DNA from: Bryobacterales bacterium
Lineage (GTDB): Bacteria; Acidobacteriota; Terriglobia; Bryobacterales; UBA6623
Direction of reading: 5' to 3'
Assembly: GCA_963422375.2 (NCBI GenBank)
Contig: OY729428.2
Location: 2,912,001-2,976,000 of the forward strand
DNA length: 64,000 nucleotides
This document shows positions 9,697-20,018 of the stretch, in pieces; position 1 is the stretch's first letter, and the number at the start of each line of letters is the position of its first letter. A program made the position numbers and the translations under genes. The notes beneath the pieces were generated by a model. The model saw nothing but the letters and a program-made list of their open reading frames with translations, was not told where the DNA came from and made no database searches.

Positions 9697-12471
9697 GTGA
9701 CTCGATTCCAGAAAGCTCTCGGCACATTCCTTCTCATCGCGGCCAGCCCGCATCTCGGCGGTGCGACGTCTAGCGACGCCGAGCGCCTGTTCGCTCTCGA
9801 GGTGAAACCACTCCTCGCCGAGAAGTGCTTCGCTTGCCACGGCGAAGAGCCGAGTGCCGTCCTTGGCGGGCTGGACGTGACATCGCTGGAGGGCATGCTC
9901 CGTGGAGGTGCCACGTCCCAGCAAGTCTTGGTTCCGGGCAACGCCGGGGCAAGCCTGCTCTACGAGGCGGTGCGGCGATCGAACCCGAAGCTCCAGATGC
10001 CCCCCAAGGACAACGACCGTCTCACCGAGGAAGAGGCCTGGACGATCCGCGACTGGATCAACGCTGGAGCTCCCTGGCCGGACGAGGATACTGAGCGCCA
10101 GTACATCGCCGAGGATCGCGCCAACCCTCGCACTTCCGCCGGCGTCGTCGTCACCACGAGCGACGGACTCTCCGATACATGGACCAACCGGAGGTACAAG
10201 CACGAGGATCTCTGGGCGTTCCGTCCCGTTCGGGACGTGCGTCCGCCTGCGTCGGGCGGATCTCACCCGATCGACGCCTTCGTGAGCCGCAAGCTAGCGC
10301 AAGCGAATCTATCCCCCGGGCCTCGGGCTAACAAGCGGACCCTGATTCGCAGAGCGACCTACGACCTGACGGGCCTACCCCCGACTCCCGAGGAAATCGA
10401 GGCCTTCCTCAAGGACGAGTCGCCCGAGTCCTGGCGCAGGGTCATCGACCGCCTCCTCGAGAGCCCGCACTACGGCGAGCAGTGGGGGAGACATTGGCTT
10501 GACATCGTCCGTTACGCCGACACGGCGGGATACTCCAACGACTGGGAGCGCTCGAACGCATGGCGCTACCGGGACTACGTCATCCGCTCGCTGAATCAAG
10601 ACAAGCCATACGACCGCTTTGTCCTCGAGCAGCTCGCCGGGGACATACTGGACCCCGGAAATCCCGAGAAGCGCGTCGCCACGGGCTACCTGCGCATGGG
10701 GCCGTGGGAGCACACCGGAATGATGCAGAAGGTCGCGTCCCGTCAGCTCTACCTCGACGACATCACCAACAGCGTCGGCGAGACCTTCCTGTCGCTGCCC
10801 CTGCGCTGCGCCAAGTGCCACGACCACAAGTTCGACCCCATCCCGACACGCGACTACTACCGCATGTACTCCGTCTTCGCGACCACGCAGCTCGCGGAGA
10901 TGCCCGTGCCATTCCTCGCTTCGGAGAATCGGGACTACTTCGATCAAGAGCGGTCGCGCTTGGAGCGGCTGCTAGCAGGCGCCAGAGCCGACGCCGATGC
11001 GATCAAGGCCAAGGAAGAGAGAGCCGCTCGAGCATGGTGCGCCGAGCGAGGAATCCCGTACCAGCCGCGAGAGAAGCTCCGGGACAAGCCCGAAGGCCAG
11101 AAGCCTCCCCGCCACATCGGCTTGACGACCAAGGATCTCGGGTACTTCAAGGTCCGAAACAACGACGCCAAGATCTGGAACCGGAGACTGGAGCGCTACC
11201 AGCCCTTGGCCCACAGCGTCTACGAGGGGCCAGTCAAGCACGAGAACTCAGAAAAGCTCCGCAAGCCCGAGCCGGAAGAGATGCGAGGGGAGCCCCCGGA
11301 GTCGCACATTCTCTCAGGGGGATCCGTGTATTCTCTCGGCGAAAGGGTCACTCCGGGAGTGCTGAGCGCAATTCCGGCCAGCTTCACACCCGGCGAAACG
11401 CAAGCATCACACGAGATCCCCTCAACGATGACTGGGCGCCGCCTAGCGCTTGCACGCTGGATCGCGAGCCCCGACAACCCTCTCACAACCCGATCAATTG
11501 TCAACCGCATCTGGCAGTACCACTTCGGCCGGGGGTTGGCCGGGAACAGCAACAACTTCGGCAAGATGGGCAAGAAACCCACGCACCCCGACCTGCTTGA
11601 CTGGCTCGCCCGCAAGTTTGTCGAGAACGGCTGGTCGCTCAAGTCCATGCACCGGCTGATCATGACTTCGGAAGCATACCAGCGGAGCGACGCGCCGGGA
11701 GACCCTAGCGGGGTCGCGGAGCGGGATCCAGCGAATGACCTGCTGAGCTACTTCCGGCCAAGGCGCCTTGCTGCCGAGGAGATCCGAGATTCGATGCTCG
11801 CTGTGTCCGGGGAGCTCAACGGTGAGGTGGGCGGACTGCCGGTTTTTCCGGAAGTCAACCTCGAGTTCCAGTCCCAGCCGCGCATGAACCAAGTCACCAT
11901 CGGGCCCGCCTACCAGCCGTCCCGCACGCGGGAGCAACGGAACCGGCGTTCCATCTACGCATACCGGATGCGCATGCAGACAGCGCCGCTGTTCGAGGTG
12001 TTCAACCAGCCGAGCTACGACCTGTCATGCGAGCGACGCGACAGCTCGACGGTGACGCCGCAAGCGTTCACGTTGATGAACAGCGACAACTCGATCGACC
12101 GCTCGATCGCGATGGCGCTCCGCGTGCAGGCCGACGGCGGCTCTCTGAGGGAGCAGGTTAACCGTGCCTTCCAGCTGGCGCTGGGTCGCGACTCCAGCGA
12201 GGACGAGCGCGCCGGAATGGTCGCGCACGTGCGCGAAATGCAGACCTACCACGAACGGCATCCCCCCGAAGCGAAGGATCCGCCCCGGGAACTTGATCGG
12301 ACAGTCGTGGAGGAAATGTCCGGGCTCGCGCTCGACTACCAGGAATCGCTCGACGTGTACGACGATTACGTCCCACATGCCAAGCCGTGGGACGTCGAGC
12401 CGGAGACGAGGGCGCTTGCGGACCTGTGCCTCGCCCTCTTCAACTCCAACGAGTTCATGTATGTGTACTGA
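9697..12471 (+). CDS. Planctomycete cytochrome c / PSD1 domain protein (DUF1549 + DUF1553)
   Basis: Signal peptide, CFACH and CAKCH haem motifs, LIRRATYDLTGLPPT, HYGEQWGRHWLD, PTHPDLLDWLA, NSNEFMYVY end. Confidence 0.9.
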   Translation: MTRFQKALGTFLLIAASPHLGGATSSDAERLFALEVKPLLAEKCFACHGEEPSAVLGGLDVTSLEGMLRGGATSQQVLVPGNAGASLLYEAVRRSNPKLQMPPKDNDRLTEEEAWTIRDWINAGAPWPDEDTERQYIAEDRANPRTSAGVVVTTSDGLSDTWTNRRYKHEDLWAFRPVRDVRPPASGGSHPIDAFVSRKLAQANLSPGPRANKRTLIRRATYDLTGLPPTPEEIEAFLKDESPESWRRVIDRLLESPHYGEQWGRHWLDIVRYADTAGYSNDWERSNAWRYRDYVIRSLNQDKPYDRFVLEQLAGDILDPGNPEKRVATGYLRMGPWEHTGMMQKVASRQLYLDDITNSVGETFLSLPLRCAKCHDHKFDPIPTRDYYRMYSVFATTQLAEMPVPFLASENRDYFDQERSRLERLLAGARADADAIKAKEERAARAWCAERGIPYQPREKLRDKPEGQKPPRHIGLTTKDLGYFKVRNNDAKIWNRRLERYQPLAHSVYEGPVKHENSEKLRKPEPEEMRGEPPESHILSGGSVYSLGERVTPGVLSAIPASFTPGETQASHEIPSTMTGRRLALARWIASPDNPLTTRSIVNRIWQYHFGRGLAGNSNNFGKMGKKPTHPDLLDWLARKFVENGWSLKSMHRLIMTSEAYQRSDAPGDPSGVAERDPANDLLSYFRPRRLAAEEIRDSMLAVSGELNGEVGGLPVFPEVNLEFQSQPRMNQVTIGPAYQPSRTREQRNRRSIYAYRMRMQTAPLFEVFNQPSYDLSCERRDSSTVTPQAFTLMNSDNSIDRSIAMALRVQADGGSLREQVNRAFQLALGRDSSEDERAGMVAHVREMQTYHERHPPEAKDPPRELDRTVVEEMSGLALDYQESLDVYDDYVPHAKPWDVEPETRALADLCLALFNSNEFMYVY

Positions 12472-12579
12472 CGGAACGGTACTGGTGTTCGCGATCCACG
12501 TACGGGAACGGCGGGACCGGAGACGACGGCCGGGGCGGCTGGCTGGTCGCAGGCCACTGCGGTAACGGAGGGCATCCGA

Positions 12580-13992
12580 ATGAGGACACGACAGCTTGGC
12601 CACACTAGGAGCACTCGTCGCAGCTGGCTCTACTCCCTCGGTGCCAGCCTGGGTAGCGTCGCGTTCAGCGACCTGCTGGCCAAGGAGGACGCAGGTCCGC
12701 TGGCTCCGAAGACTCCTCACCATCAGGCCAAGGCCAAGGCCTGCATCTTCCTGGTCATGGAGGGCGGCCCGAGTCACATCGACACGTTCGACCCGAAACC
12801 GAAGCTCGAAGATCTGCACATGCAGAAGTTCCAGAGAGTCGGGGAGCAATTCTCGCCGATGTCGTCGGGCGAGAGGTACTACGTCCAGAGCCCTTACCAG
12901 TTCCGCAAGGTCGGGCAGGCAGGCATGGACATGTGCGAGCACTTCACCCACCTGCCGGAAGTAGCGGACGAGCTGTGCATCTACCGCGGATGCCAGTCGG
13001 AGTCAGTGGACCACCCGACTGCGCTGTTTCACATGAACACCGGTAACAAGTTCGGCGGCGACCCTGCCGTGGGGTCCTGGGTGACGTACGGCCTGGGGAG
13101 CGACAACCAGAACCTACCGGGCTACATCGTCCTCGCTGAAGCGGGGTTCCCGCAAGGCGGCGCCGGCAACTGGACCAACGGCTTCCTGCCTGCTTACTTC
13201 CAAGGTACGCCCCTGCGGGCCGAGGGGTCGCCGATTCTCGACATCCATCCGCCGGCATGGAAGACGCGCGAGCACCAGCGAGCGAATCTCGACATCCTAG
13301 CCGGGCTGAACCGCTCGCACCAGGCTCGGCATCCACGCCATGACGAGTTGGCCGCCCGGATGTCGAGTTACGAGCTCGCGTTCCGTATGCAAACGGAAGT
13401 TCCGGGCATCATCGACCTAAACGGCGAGCCCGAGACGGTGCGAGCAGCATACGGGTTGGACGACAAGGAAACGGCATCGTTCGGGCGTCGCTGCCTGCTG
13501 GCTCGTCGCTTGGTCGAGAAGGGCGTGCGGTTCGTGCAGATCTTCTCGGGCGGGTGGGACTCACACGACTATCTCGAACGCTCGCACAAGGCACGCATCT
13601 ACAGTATCGACAAACCAGTGACCGCCCTCGTCAAGGACCTCAGACAGCGGGGCCTGCTTGACGAGACCTTGGTCGTATGGCTCGGGGAGTTCGGGCGGAG
13701 CCCGGACAACCATCACCGCGGTGGCGGAATCGCGATCGGGCGCGACCACAACGCGGAAGCGCAGTCGATGTTCTTCGCAGGCGGAGGGATTCGGGCGGGC
13801 CATGTAGTCGGCGCGACCGACGAGATCGGACACAGGGCCGTCGAGATAGTGCATCCGATCAAGGATCTACACGTCACTCTGCTGCACTTGCTGGGTCTGA
13901 ACGACAGCAAGCTGACCTACTTCCACGGCGGAAGGTTCAAGCAGCTCTCCCAGACCGGAGGACAAGTGATCAAGGAGCTGGTGGACGCTTGA
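12580..13992 (+). CDS. DUF1501 domain protein (Tat-exported, sulfatase-like fold)
   Basis: TRRSWL twin-arginine signal, FLVMEGGPSHIDTFDPKP, LARRLVEKGVRFVQ, WDSH, GEFGRSP, RDH. Confidence 0.9.
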   Translation: MRTRQLGHTRSTRRSWLYSLGASLGSVAFSDLLAKEDAGPLAPKTPHHQAKAKACIFLVMEGGPSHIDTFDPKPKLEDLHMQKFQRVGEQFSPMSSGERYYVQSPYQFRKVGQAGMDMCEHFTHLPEVADELCIYRGCQSESVDHPTALFHMNTGNKFGGDPAVGSWVTYGLGSDNQNLPGYIVLAEAGFPQGGAGNWTNGFLPAYFQGTPLRAEGSPILDIHPPAWKTREHQRANLDILAGLNRSHQARHPRHDELAARMSSYELAFRMQTEVPGIIDLNGEPETVRAAYGLDDKETASFGRRCLLARRLVEKGVRFVQIFSGGWDSHDYLERSHKARIYSIDKPVTALVKDLRQRGLLDETLVVWLGEFGRSPDNHHRGGGIAIGRDHNAEAQSMFFAGGGIRAGHVVGATDEIGHRAVEIVHPIKDLHVTLLHLLGLNDSKLTYFHGGRFKQLSQTGGQVIKELVDA

Positions 13993-14110
13993 CGGCCAGA
14001 ATCCCGTCGACTGGTTGGAAGTGAGTCCCTAGCAACCGCCGGTTTCACGATCCGAACCAAGACGTTTTCCTGAGAACGAGCCATCCGAAACGCAGTGTCA
14101 CTTGGTTTCC

Positions 14111-16198
14111 CTATCTGCGTTTCCGCCCGTTGGCCCGATGATTCGCACGCGTTGGACAAGCTGCCTGCTGTTCCCGCAGTTCCTTTAACTCTCGCACAAA
14201 CCGAGTTTCTTCCGGAAGTAGATGAATGGCCTGTTCGTACGCCTCCTCTACTGATCCAAATGACTCTCGCTGCCAGTACAGGGTTCGCGCCAAGTCCCTC
14301 CAAGCCCAAGCATGGCGGATCGGAGGAGCTTCGTATTGAAGCACTCGTTCCAAGAGCTGTCGCGATTCGCTTAGCAACTTCCGATTCGTAATGCGATCCC
14401 TATCTCGGCAGGCTTTGCGAGCGGAATCCAGCTTGGCTTGAGCGAACTCATGCATCGAACGCGGATCGGAGTTGACCAAGTCACCAGCCTGCTCGAAGTA
14501 GTAGTGAGCTCTCCTCAAGTCTTTCAGCCGCCGTGCCATGATGGCAGAGTTGATGGCATCTTGGCCCCGCGTGACTTCCGGAAGTTCATTGAGAATAACC
14601 CTAGCCTTCTTGGATAACCCGGCGTCAAGCAGAGACTCGATGAGAGTGTTTGCAACATGAGGAAGGGCTGCAGTGGATCCATGCCTCTTGAATTCATCGA
14701 ATACCTGCTCTGCTTTACCAAGATTGCCACGGTCAGAAAAAAGGCGAATGAGTTCCGTTGCAAGCACTCCCGAACCAGGGTTAGCTTCCCAAGCACCTTC
14801 AATCCGGAGGACAGCGTTATTCCGGCCCCCTAATGCACGCAACTGTGCGGCGTCGCGCAGAGCTATGATTGCGCTGTATTCTGGATGGGCAGGTAGAGTG
14901 ACTCTGAAGTAGGACCTGTTGTCGTCAAAGTCAAAGCCCGGAGGGGCGGAACCATTGGCCTCCAAATCCTTGAACACTTTCCTTAGTCCAGTAAGCCTGC
15001 CCTCTGCAAGCTTGAGTTCCTTGAGGAACTCTCCGATTCGCTGGTTCCGCGCGGGTACCGGAGGAATGCGAGCCCGCGGAAGAAAGTGCTCGCGCTCCAC
15101 TCCAGGGACTGGTCCAGGATAGCTGATGATTTCCATGTGACTCGGATAGAGATAAACTTTCGTTGGTGTCGGCACACTGGGCTGATAACTGCGATGATAG
15201 ATTGCATTGACTAAGCTCTCGCGCACGGCACGGAGAGGATAGCTAACCCACCCCTGAACCTGAGGCTGGTCAGGTCGCTTGATGACGTGCGTTCCGGATA
15301 GACTTTGGAGGTGCCTCAAACAGCTACGAACTTGTTCAGTAAGAGTGCCTCCAAAAACGTGCTCTTCTTGCACATCACCGGCAGTTCCGTCAGCGAATTG
15401 TGCAACTTCAATCCTCGCTCCCGGATACCACAATGTAGGATCTTCCGAGAACAGGAGTAACCCAACATTTCTGGGAATTTCATGATCATTGATCTTTCTC
15501 GTAAGACGCATTCTTCTGTACACATCAGGCAAGCTCGGCTCGTCAAACAGGCCGCTATCTACGTCCCGCAAATACTCGCGCACCTTCGATTCCCTCATGT
15601 CTGCGATTGACGCATCGGTTGCCTGTCTCTCGTCCCACGCCACACGGGAAGATTGCTCGACGAGAGTGCGGACCATGCCCTTCTTTGATGTGTCAATTGT
15701 CTCGGAACCGAGGCGAATCCAGAACTTGCGGCCACCTGCGTCACCGTCCGGCGCTTGATGCGGTCGCATATCACTGGCTGGCACCCACACTACCAATACG
15801 TGTCGCCCGTTCATCACTTCAGGAGACAGGATGGGATGGTAGTCAGGCACGAAGCGATTGCACTGCCCTCGAATCCAACGCTGGGCGGCTTCGATCTGCT
15901 CGGGATCAACGCCGCAAGGAGGAAGAATTGCCCGGCCTCCTCGCTCCCTGACGCCGATGACAATGTAACCCCCATTTAGATTGTGATAGTCGTTCGCAAA
16001 TGCGCAAATTGTCTTAAGGACTTGATGTCCCGTCGTAGCAGGCTCCCAGCTAGCCTTGAACTCAATGCGCTCCGACTCGACACTGCTGCCTTCAAGCAGT
16101 CTGCCGATGCTGACTGGAAGAATTTGGCTCACGAGAACACCCGTTTCAGCGCTGGCCGAACATGCAACCGGCTTGGCGGCGACCGCAGGAACGGTCAC
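14111..16198 (-). CDS. AlbA_2 (Schlafen-like) + HATPase_c_4-like + TPR-like helical protein, low GC
   Basis: ESERIEFKASW and ICAFAN...GGYIVIGV (AlbA_2). YPLRAVRESLVNAIYHRSY, EIISYPG and RNQRIGEFLKEL (ATP-binding RecG-C-like domain). Helical repeats such as AEQVFDEF, AHYYFEQA and EEAYEQAIHLLPE. Alternative start GTG 16132. Confidence 0.85.
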   Translation of the reverse strand: MTVPAVAAKPVACSASAETGVLVSQILPVSIGRLLEGSSVESERIEFKASWEPATTGHQVLKTICAFANDYHNLNGGYIVIGVRERGGRAILPPCGVDPEQIEAAQRWIRGQCNRFVPDYHPILSPEVMNGRHVLVVWVPASDMRPHQAPDGDAGGRKFWIRLGSETIDTSKKGMVRTLVEQSSRVAWDERQATDASIADMRESKVREYLRDVDSGLFDEPSLPDVYRRMRLTRKINDHEIPRNVGLLLFSEDPTLWYPGARIEVAQFADGTAGDVQEEHVFGGTLTEQVRSCLRHLQSLSGTHVIKRPDQPQVQGWVSYPLRAVRESLVNAIYHRSYQPSVPTPTKVYLYPSHMEIISYPGPVPGVEREHFLPRARIPPVPARNQRIGEFLKELKLAEGRLTGLRKVFKDLEANGSAPPGFDFDDNRSYFRVTLPAHPEYSAIIALRDAAQLRALGGRNNAVLRIEGAWEANPGSGVLATELIRLFSDRGNLGKAEQVFDEFKRHGSTAALPHVANTLIESLLDAGLSKKARVILNELPEVTRGQDAINSAIMARRLKDLRRAHYYFEQAGDLVNSDPRSMHEFAQAKLDSARKACRDRDRITNRKLLSESRQLLERVLQYEAPPIRHAWAWRDLARTLYWQRESFGSVEEAYEQAIHLLPEETRFVRELKELREQQAACPTRANHRANGRKRR

Positions 16199-16679
16199 CC
16201 ACTCATTCTAGCACTGGGTCCAAGCATTGGCGAAGCTCGGGCCAGCTATAGCCCAAGCAAGCCAACATCTGCAGCGCGCGACCGGAGTGCGAGGGCCATT
16301 CCAGAACGATTGTAGCGGCTGACTGCAGCCCCCAAGCGGCACAAGACCACGGCCTCCATCCGCGAGGATTCGAAGCAAGCTCGAGTGACTCTCTTGGATC
16401 TCTAGGCCATGCTCTACCGATTGCACGAGAATGCGAAACAGCCGGGCGAGCGTCCGGCCCTCTATCCTATAGTCACGCAACAATTGCGCAGCGCCCCGAG
16501 GAAGCATTGAGTTTCATGCGAGTTCAGGCACTTTCCCAATCATCCAGCCGCCTGTGATTGTCGCGGAAGCATCAGTACGAGTGGATCCGCCAGATCATAT
16601 TTCCCTAGCTACTTGATCCCTATTAGTAGATCGAGAAGGCCTCGCCTGCGCTATGAATGAAGTCTGCGGTATTAGTTAG

Positions 16680-17276
16680 TCAATTATACACAACCTGAAG
16701 GCGCTGACGCAGGAATCCCTCTGGATCCATCGCATTTGGGATGAGCAAGATGTAATTCATGTTAGCGGCGGTAATTCTGAGAGTCATTGCATGTTGATTC
16801 GCTTCCAATCTAGGATAGAAGCTGGCAAATGCAGCCCCTTTTTTCACATTCGTCATATAGGCTGCTTGATATGCAATCAACGAATTGCTTTCTCGCTGTA
16901 GGCGGACAGAAGCTTCTTTGTCGCCCAGCAGCGTTGCGAACAGCCAGTTGGACTCGAGAGCGGCCCATGCGACATTGAAGAGCATGAGCTGCTGGACAGT
17001 CGTGCCTCCCGCCGCGTTAGCCGACGTCACCACGTCCTGGGCCGATTGAAACCCGTCGCTCGGAGTCACGCCCCAGGAATCCCTGAGCGTGTGGCGCAGG
17101 ACGTCGATGCTGAACTCCTCCGTGCCGGTGAGAACCGGCAGCGCCTCGACGGCCCGGCGGGCCGAAGAGACGATCTCGAGCGCATCGTCGGCGGTGGCCG
17201 GCATGTCCGCGGCAAGCAGCCTGCCTGCCGACAAGGCAGCGATCAATGCGAACCGAATCCAAGTTGCTGGCTGCAT
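16680..17276 (-). CDS. Hypothetical secreted protein
   Basis: GAGG RBS before ATG, N-terminal signal peptide (MQPATWIRFALIAALSAGRLLA), 198-aa open frame. No family recognised. Confidence 0.6.
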   Translation of the reverse strand: MQPATWIRFALIAALSAGRLLAADMPATADDALEIVSSARRAVEALPVLTGTEEFSIDVLRHTLRDSWGVTPSDGFQSAQDVVTSANAAGGTTVQQLMLFNVAWAALESNWLFATLLGDKEASVRLQRESNSLIAYQAAYMTNVKKGAAFASFYPRLEANQHAMTLRITAANMNYILLIPNAMDPEGFLRQRLQVVYN

Positions 17277-17519
17277 GCGTGCCTCCTCGCGTTAACTCCG
17301 CCGACCGCGGTCCGCCCTAGGCCGAGATCGCCGACAGCGAATCTACTCTAACCGAAACGCTCCGCATGTACTGGCACGCACACTGCACACGTGACCACAG
17401 GGGCGGCGATACTACGGTCCCGGTCCCGAACACAACTCCTTGCAAACGCGCATCGTCCGTGCAGCGACGGGCCGGAACACGGCGACTGGAAACCGGACGC
17501 CCGGCTGAGGCAGGCGTCC

Positions 17520-19142
17520 CTACTCGCGCAGGCCGAATACGAAGAACGAGTTTCCTGACGAAACCGCGATGCGCTGCTGTCCCTGGGCCGTGAACGTGGT
17601 CGGCGACGACGCGACAATGCCTCCGAGGTTGAGCGAAACGAGGTTCTCGCCGGTGAACGAATCCAGCACGAGGAAGTACCCCTCCCGGCTGCCGGTGACG
17701 AGCACGTCGCCGGCCGTGGAGAGGATGCCGCTCTCGCCGATGCCTGTCATCCTGAACTCCCACTCCATGTCGCCCGTCGTGGGGGACAGCGCACGGATCG
17801 CGCCGTGGCCCTGCTGCTCCTCGGAGTCCTTCATCGTGTTCGGCCAAACCCCCTGCGGGAGGCTGCCGACATAGCGGTTCCCGCGAGTGTAGGTCGGATC
17901 CCCCTTGTGGTAGATGCTCGAGTACTCCCACGACGACACGTAGAAGAGTCCGGTCTTGGCGCTGTACGCCGGGTTGTACCAGTTCGTGGCGCCCTGCACC
18001 GCGGGCCAGACCCTCACGCCCTCGCGGGTCGGCGACGCCTCGGGGACCTTGATGGGCCGGCCGTTCTCGTCCAGACCCGTGGCCCAAGTGACCTTCACGA
18101 AGTTCTTGCCGCGAAGGAACTCGCCCGTTTCCCGGTCCAGCACGTAGAAGAAGCCGTTGCGGTTCGCCCAGAGCATCAGCTTGCGCTGCCTGCCCTCCCA
18201 CTCCCGGTCGACGAGAACCGGGACCTGGACCGAGTCCCAGTCCCACTCGTCGTGCGGCGTGAACTGGAAGTACCACTTCAGCTCTCCGGTGTCCGCGTCC
18301 AGAGCCACCACGGAGTCCGTGTACAGGTTGTCGCCTAGGCGCACGTCGCCGTTCCAGTCTGGCGCGGGATTGCCGACACCCCAGTAGGTCAGGTTGAGGT
18401 CCGGGTCGTAGGATCCGGTCAGCCAGATCGACCCGCCGCCACGCTTCCAAGAGTCGCCCGACCACGTTTCGTGCCCCGGCTCGCCCGGCCCCGGAATGGT
18501 ATTGAAACGCCAGATCTCGTCCCCGTTCCTCGGGTCCAACGCGACGATGAAGCCGCGGATGCCATACTCGCCGCCCGCGGAACCTAGGATCAGCTTGTCC
18601 TTGAGCGCAAGCGGGGCATGCGTGAGTGAGTAGCCGCCAGTGGGGTCGACGATCTGCTTCGTGAACGCGACGCCACCGGTCTTCGCGTCGAGAGCGACGA
18701 GCTTGCCGTCGATCGTCCCCATATAGAGCGTGTCGCCATGGATTGCGAGCCCGCGGTTGACCCGCCCGCAGCAAACGTTCACCTTGCCGTCCAGAACATG
18801 GGTGTACTCCCAGTACTTGCGCCCCGTCATGGCGTCAAGGGCGACGACATCGTTCGGCATCTGCACCACGTAGATCACGTCGTCAACCACCAACGGCGTC
18901 ATCTCGTACTTTTCGAGCGACCGGGCCTGGAAGACCCACTTCAGTTCCAAGTCGCTCACGTTCTCGCGATGGATCTGGCCCAGAGGCGAGTGGTGCTGGC
19001 TCTGATAGGTCCCGTTGTAGGTGAGCCAGTTGCCCGGTTCTTCGGCCGCGCGCAGAATGCGCTCGTACGTGACTTCCGCTCCAAGCTGAGTCGCAACGGC
19101 CGCCACGCAGGCCGCTAGGACCAGAATGCTATTCCGTCGCAT
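17520..19142 (-). CDS. PQQ-type quinoprotein dehydrogenase (methanol/ethanol-family fold)
   Basis: Signal peptide, vicinal CC (VCCGRVNRG), Trp-docking repeats (ALDAMTGRKYW, ALDADTGELKW), GGGSIWLTGSYD, PHDEWDWD, NRNGFFYVLDR. Confidence 0.9.
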   Translation of the reverse strand: MRRNSILVLAACVAAVATQLGAEVTYERILRAAEEPGNWLTYNGTYQSQHHSPLGQIHRENVSDLELKWVFQARSLEKYEMTPLVVDDVIYVVQMPNDVVALDAMTGRKYWEYTHVLDGKVNVCCGRVNRGLAIHGDTLYMGTIDGKLVALDAKTGGVAFTKQIVDPTGGYSLTHAPLALKDKLILGSAGGEYGIRGFIVALDPRNGDEIWRFNTIPGPGEPGHETWSGDSWKRGGGSIWLTGSYDPDLNLTYWGVGNPAPDWNGDVRLGDNLYTDSVVALDADTGELKWYFQFTPHDEWDWDSVQVPVLVDREWEGRQRKLMLWANRNGFFYVLDRETGEFLRGKNFVKVTWATGLDENGRPIKVPEASPTREGVRVWPAVQGATNWYNPAYSAKTGLFYVSSWEYSSIYHKGDPTYTRGNRYVGSLPQGVWPNTMKDSEEQQGHGAIRALSPTTGDMEWEFRMTGIGESGILSTAGDVLVTGSREGYFLVLDSFTGENLVSLNLGGIVASSPTTFTAQGQQRIAVSSGNSFFVFGLRE

Positions 19143-19929
19143 CGGAGGCCTCCCGCAATCGCTGGCTCGCTAGGTAGGCGACCAAGTTGTCCAGGTCGGA
19201 CCCTTGGATTTTGCCCTCGTATGCCGGCATGGCCGAAGAGCGGTCGACCTCGAACTCGGCGAGATCCGCCTTGCGCAGCGAAACGAGGCTGCCCGAAGCA
19301 TCGATCAGCTGCACGGAGAACGTATCCTCGTTCATGCGCATCCCCGCCACCTGCTTGCCGGCGTCGGTCTTGGCTCGCACCATCCAGTGCTGGGGATAGA
19401 CTGCCTCGTTGGGCTTCAGGATCGCGGTTTGCAGGTGTCCGAGCGATCTCCTAGCACCCACGTCGCTCAGGTCCGGACCCATGCGCCCGCCTTCGCCCCG
19501 GATCCGGTGGCACCCGTTGCATCCGTTCGCCGCGTAGACGCCGCTCCCCTGCTGCGGGTCGCCTTTGGACTGCTCGGCCGCTCGCCCCTCGCTAAGGGAG
19601 CGCACGAAACTGACCAGCTGCCACATCTGGCGCCCGTTGAAGAAGATTCCCGGCATCTCCGTCCCGGGAATCCCGACCGAGATGGTCGTGTATAGGTCCC
19701 GGTCGGTGCCTCCGTGGCGGAACATGCCGGTGGTGAGCGGCACGCCGCGACCGCCCTCGCCCTCGATGCCGTGGCAGACGGCGCAGTGCGACCGGTACAT
19801 TCGCCCGCCGGCCTCCACATCGGACGAAGATGTGAAAGGGTTGCTCTCCACATCGTCGGCGTGCTGGGCCGCGCACGGAAGCGCCGCCACCGCTGCGGCA
19901 AGCACCAGCAAGCTGAATCGAAATCTCAA
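19129..19929 (-). CDS. Di-haem c-type cytochrome partner of the quinoprotein
   Basis: TTG start after GGAGGAG, signal peptide, CAVCH and CNGCH motifs, GPDLS, SAMP. Overlaps the dehydrogenase start. Confidence 0.85.
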   Translation of the reverse strand: MRFRFSLLVLAAAVAALPCAAQHADDVESNPFTSSSDVEAGGRMYRSHCAVCHGIEGEGGRGVPLTTGMFRHGGTDRDLYTTISVGIPGTEMPGIFFNGRQMWQLVSFVRSLSEGRAAEQSKGDPQQGSGVYAANGCNGCHRIRGEGGRMGPDLSDVGARRSLGHLQTAILKPNEAVYPQHWMVRAKTDAGKQVAGMRMNEDTFSVQLIDASGSLVSLRKADLAEFEVDRSSAMPAYEGKIQGSDLDNLVAYLASQRLREASDATE

Positions 19930-20018
19930 GGCACTCCTCCTCCGAGCGGCCCAGCCGCTACAGGCCGCAGCTATTCTACCCGAATCGAGCGGTTCACCCG
20001 AATGCGACCGCATGCGCC

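Noticed and set aside
16208..16507. 99-aa ORF upstream of the AlbA_2 gene as a partner gene
   Set aside because: No RBS, motif or convincing composition, so it cannot be supported as a real CDS.
17341..17352. 12-mer ATCTACTCTAAC also present at 31908-31919
   Set aside because: Similarity does not extend on either side. A 12-mer match in 64 kb is compatible with chance.
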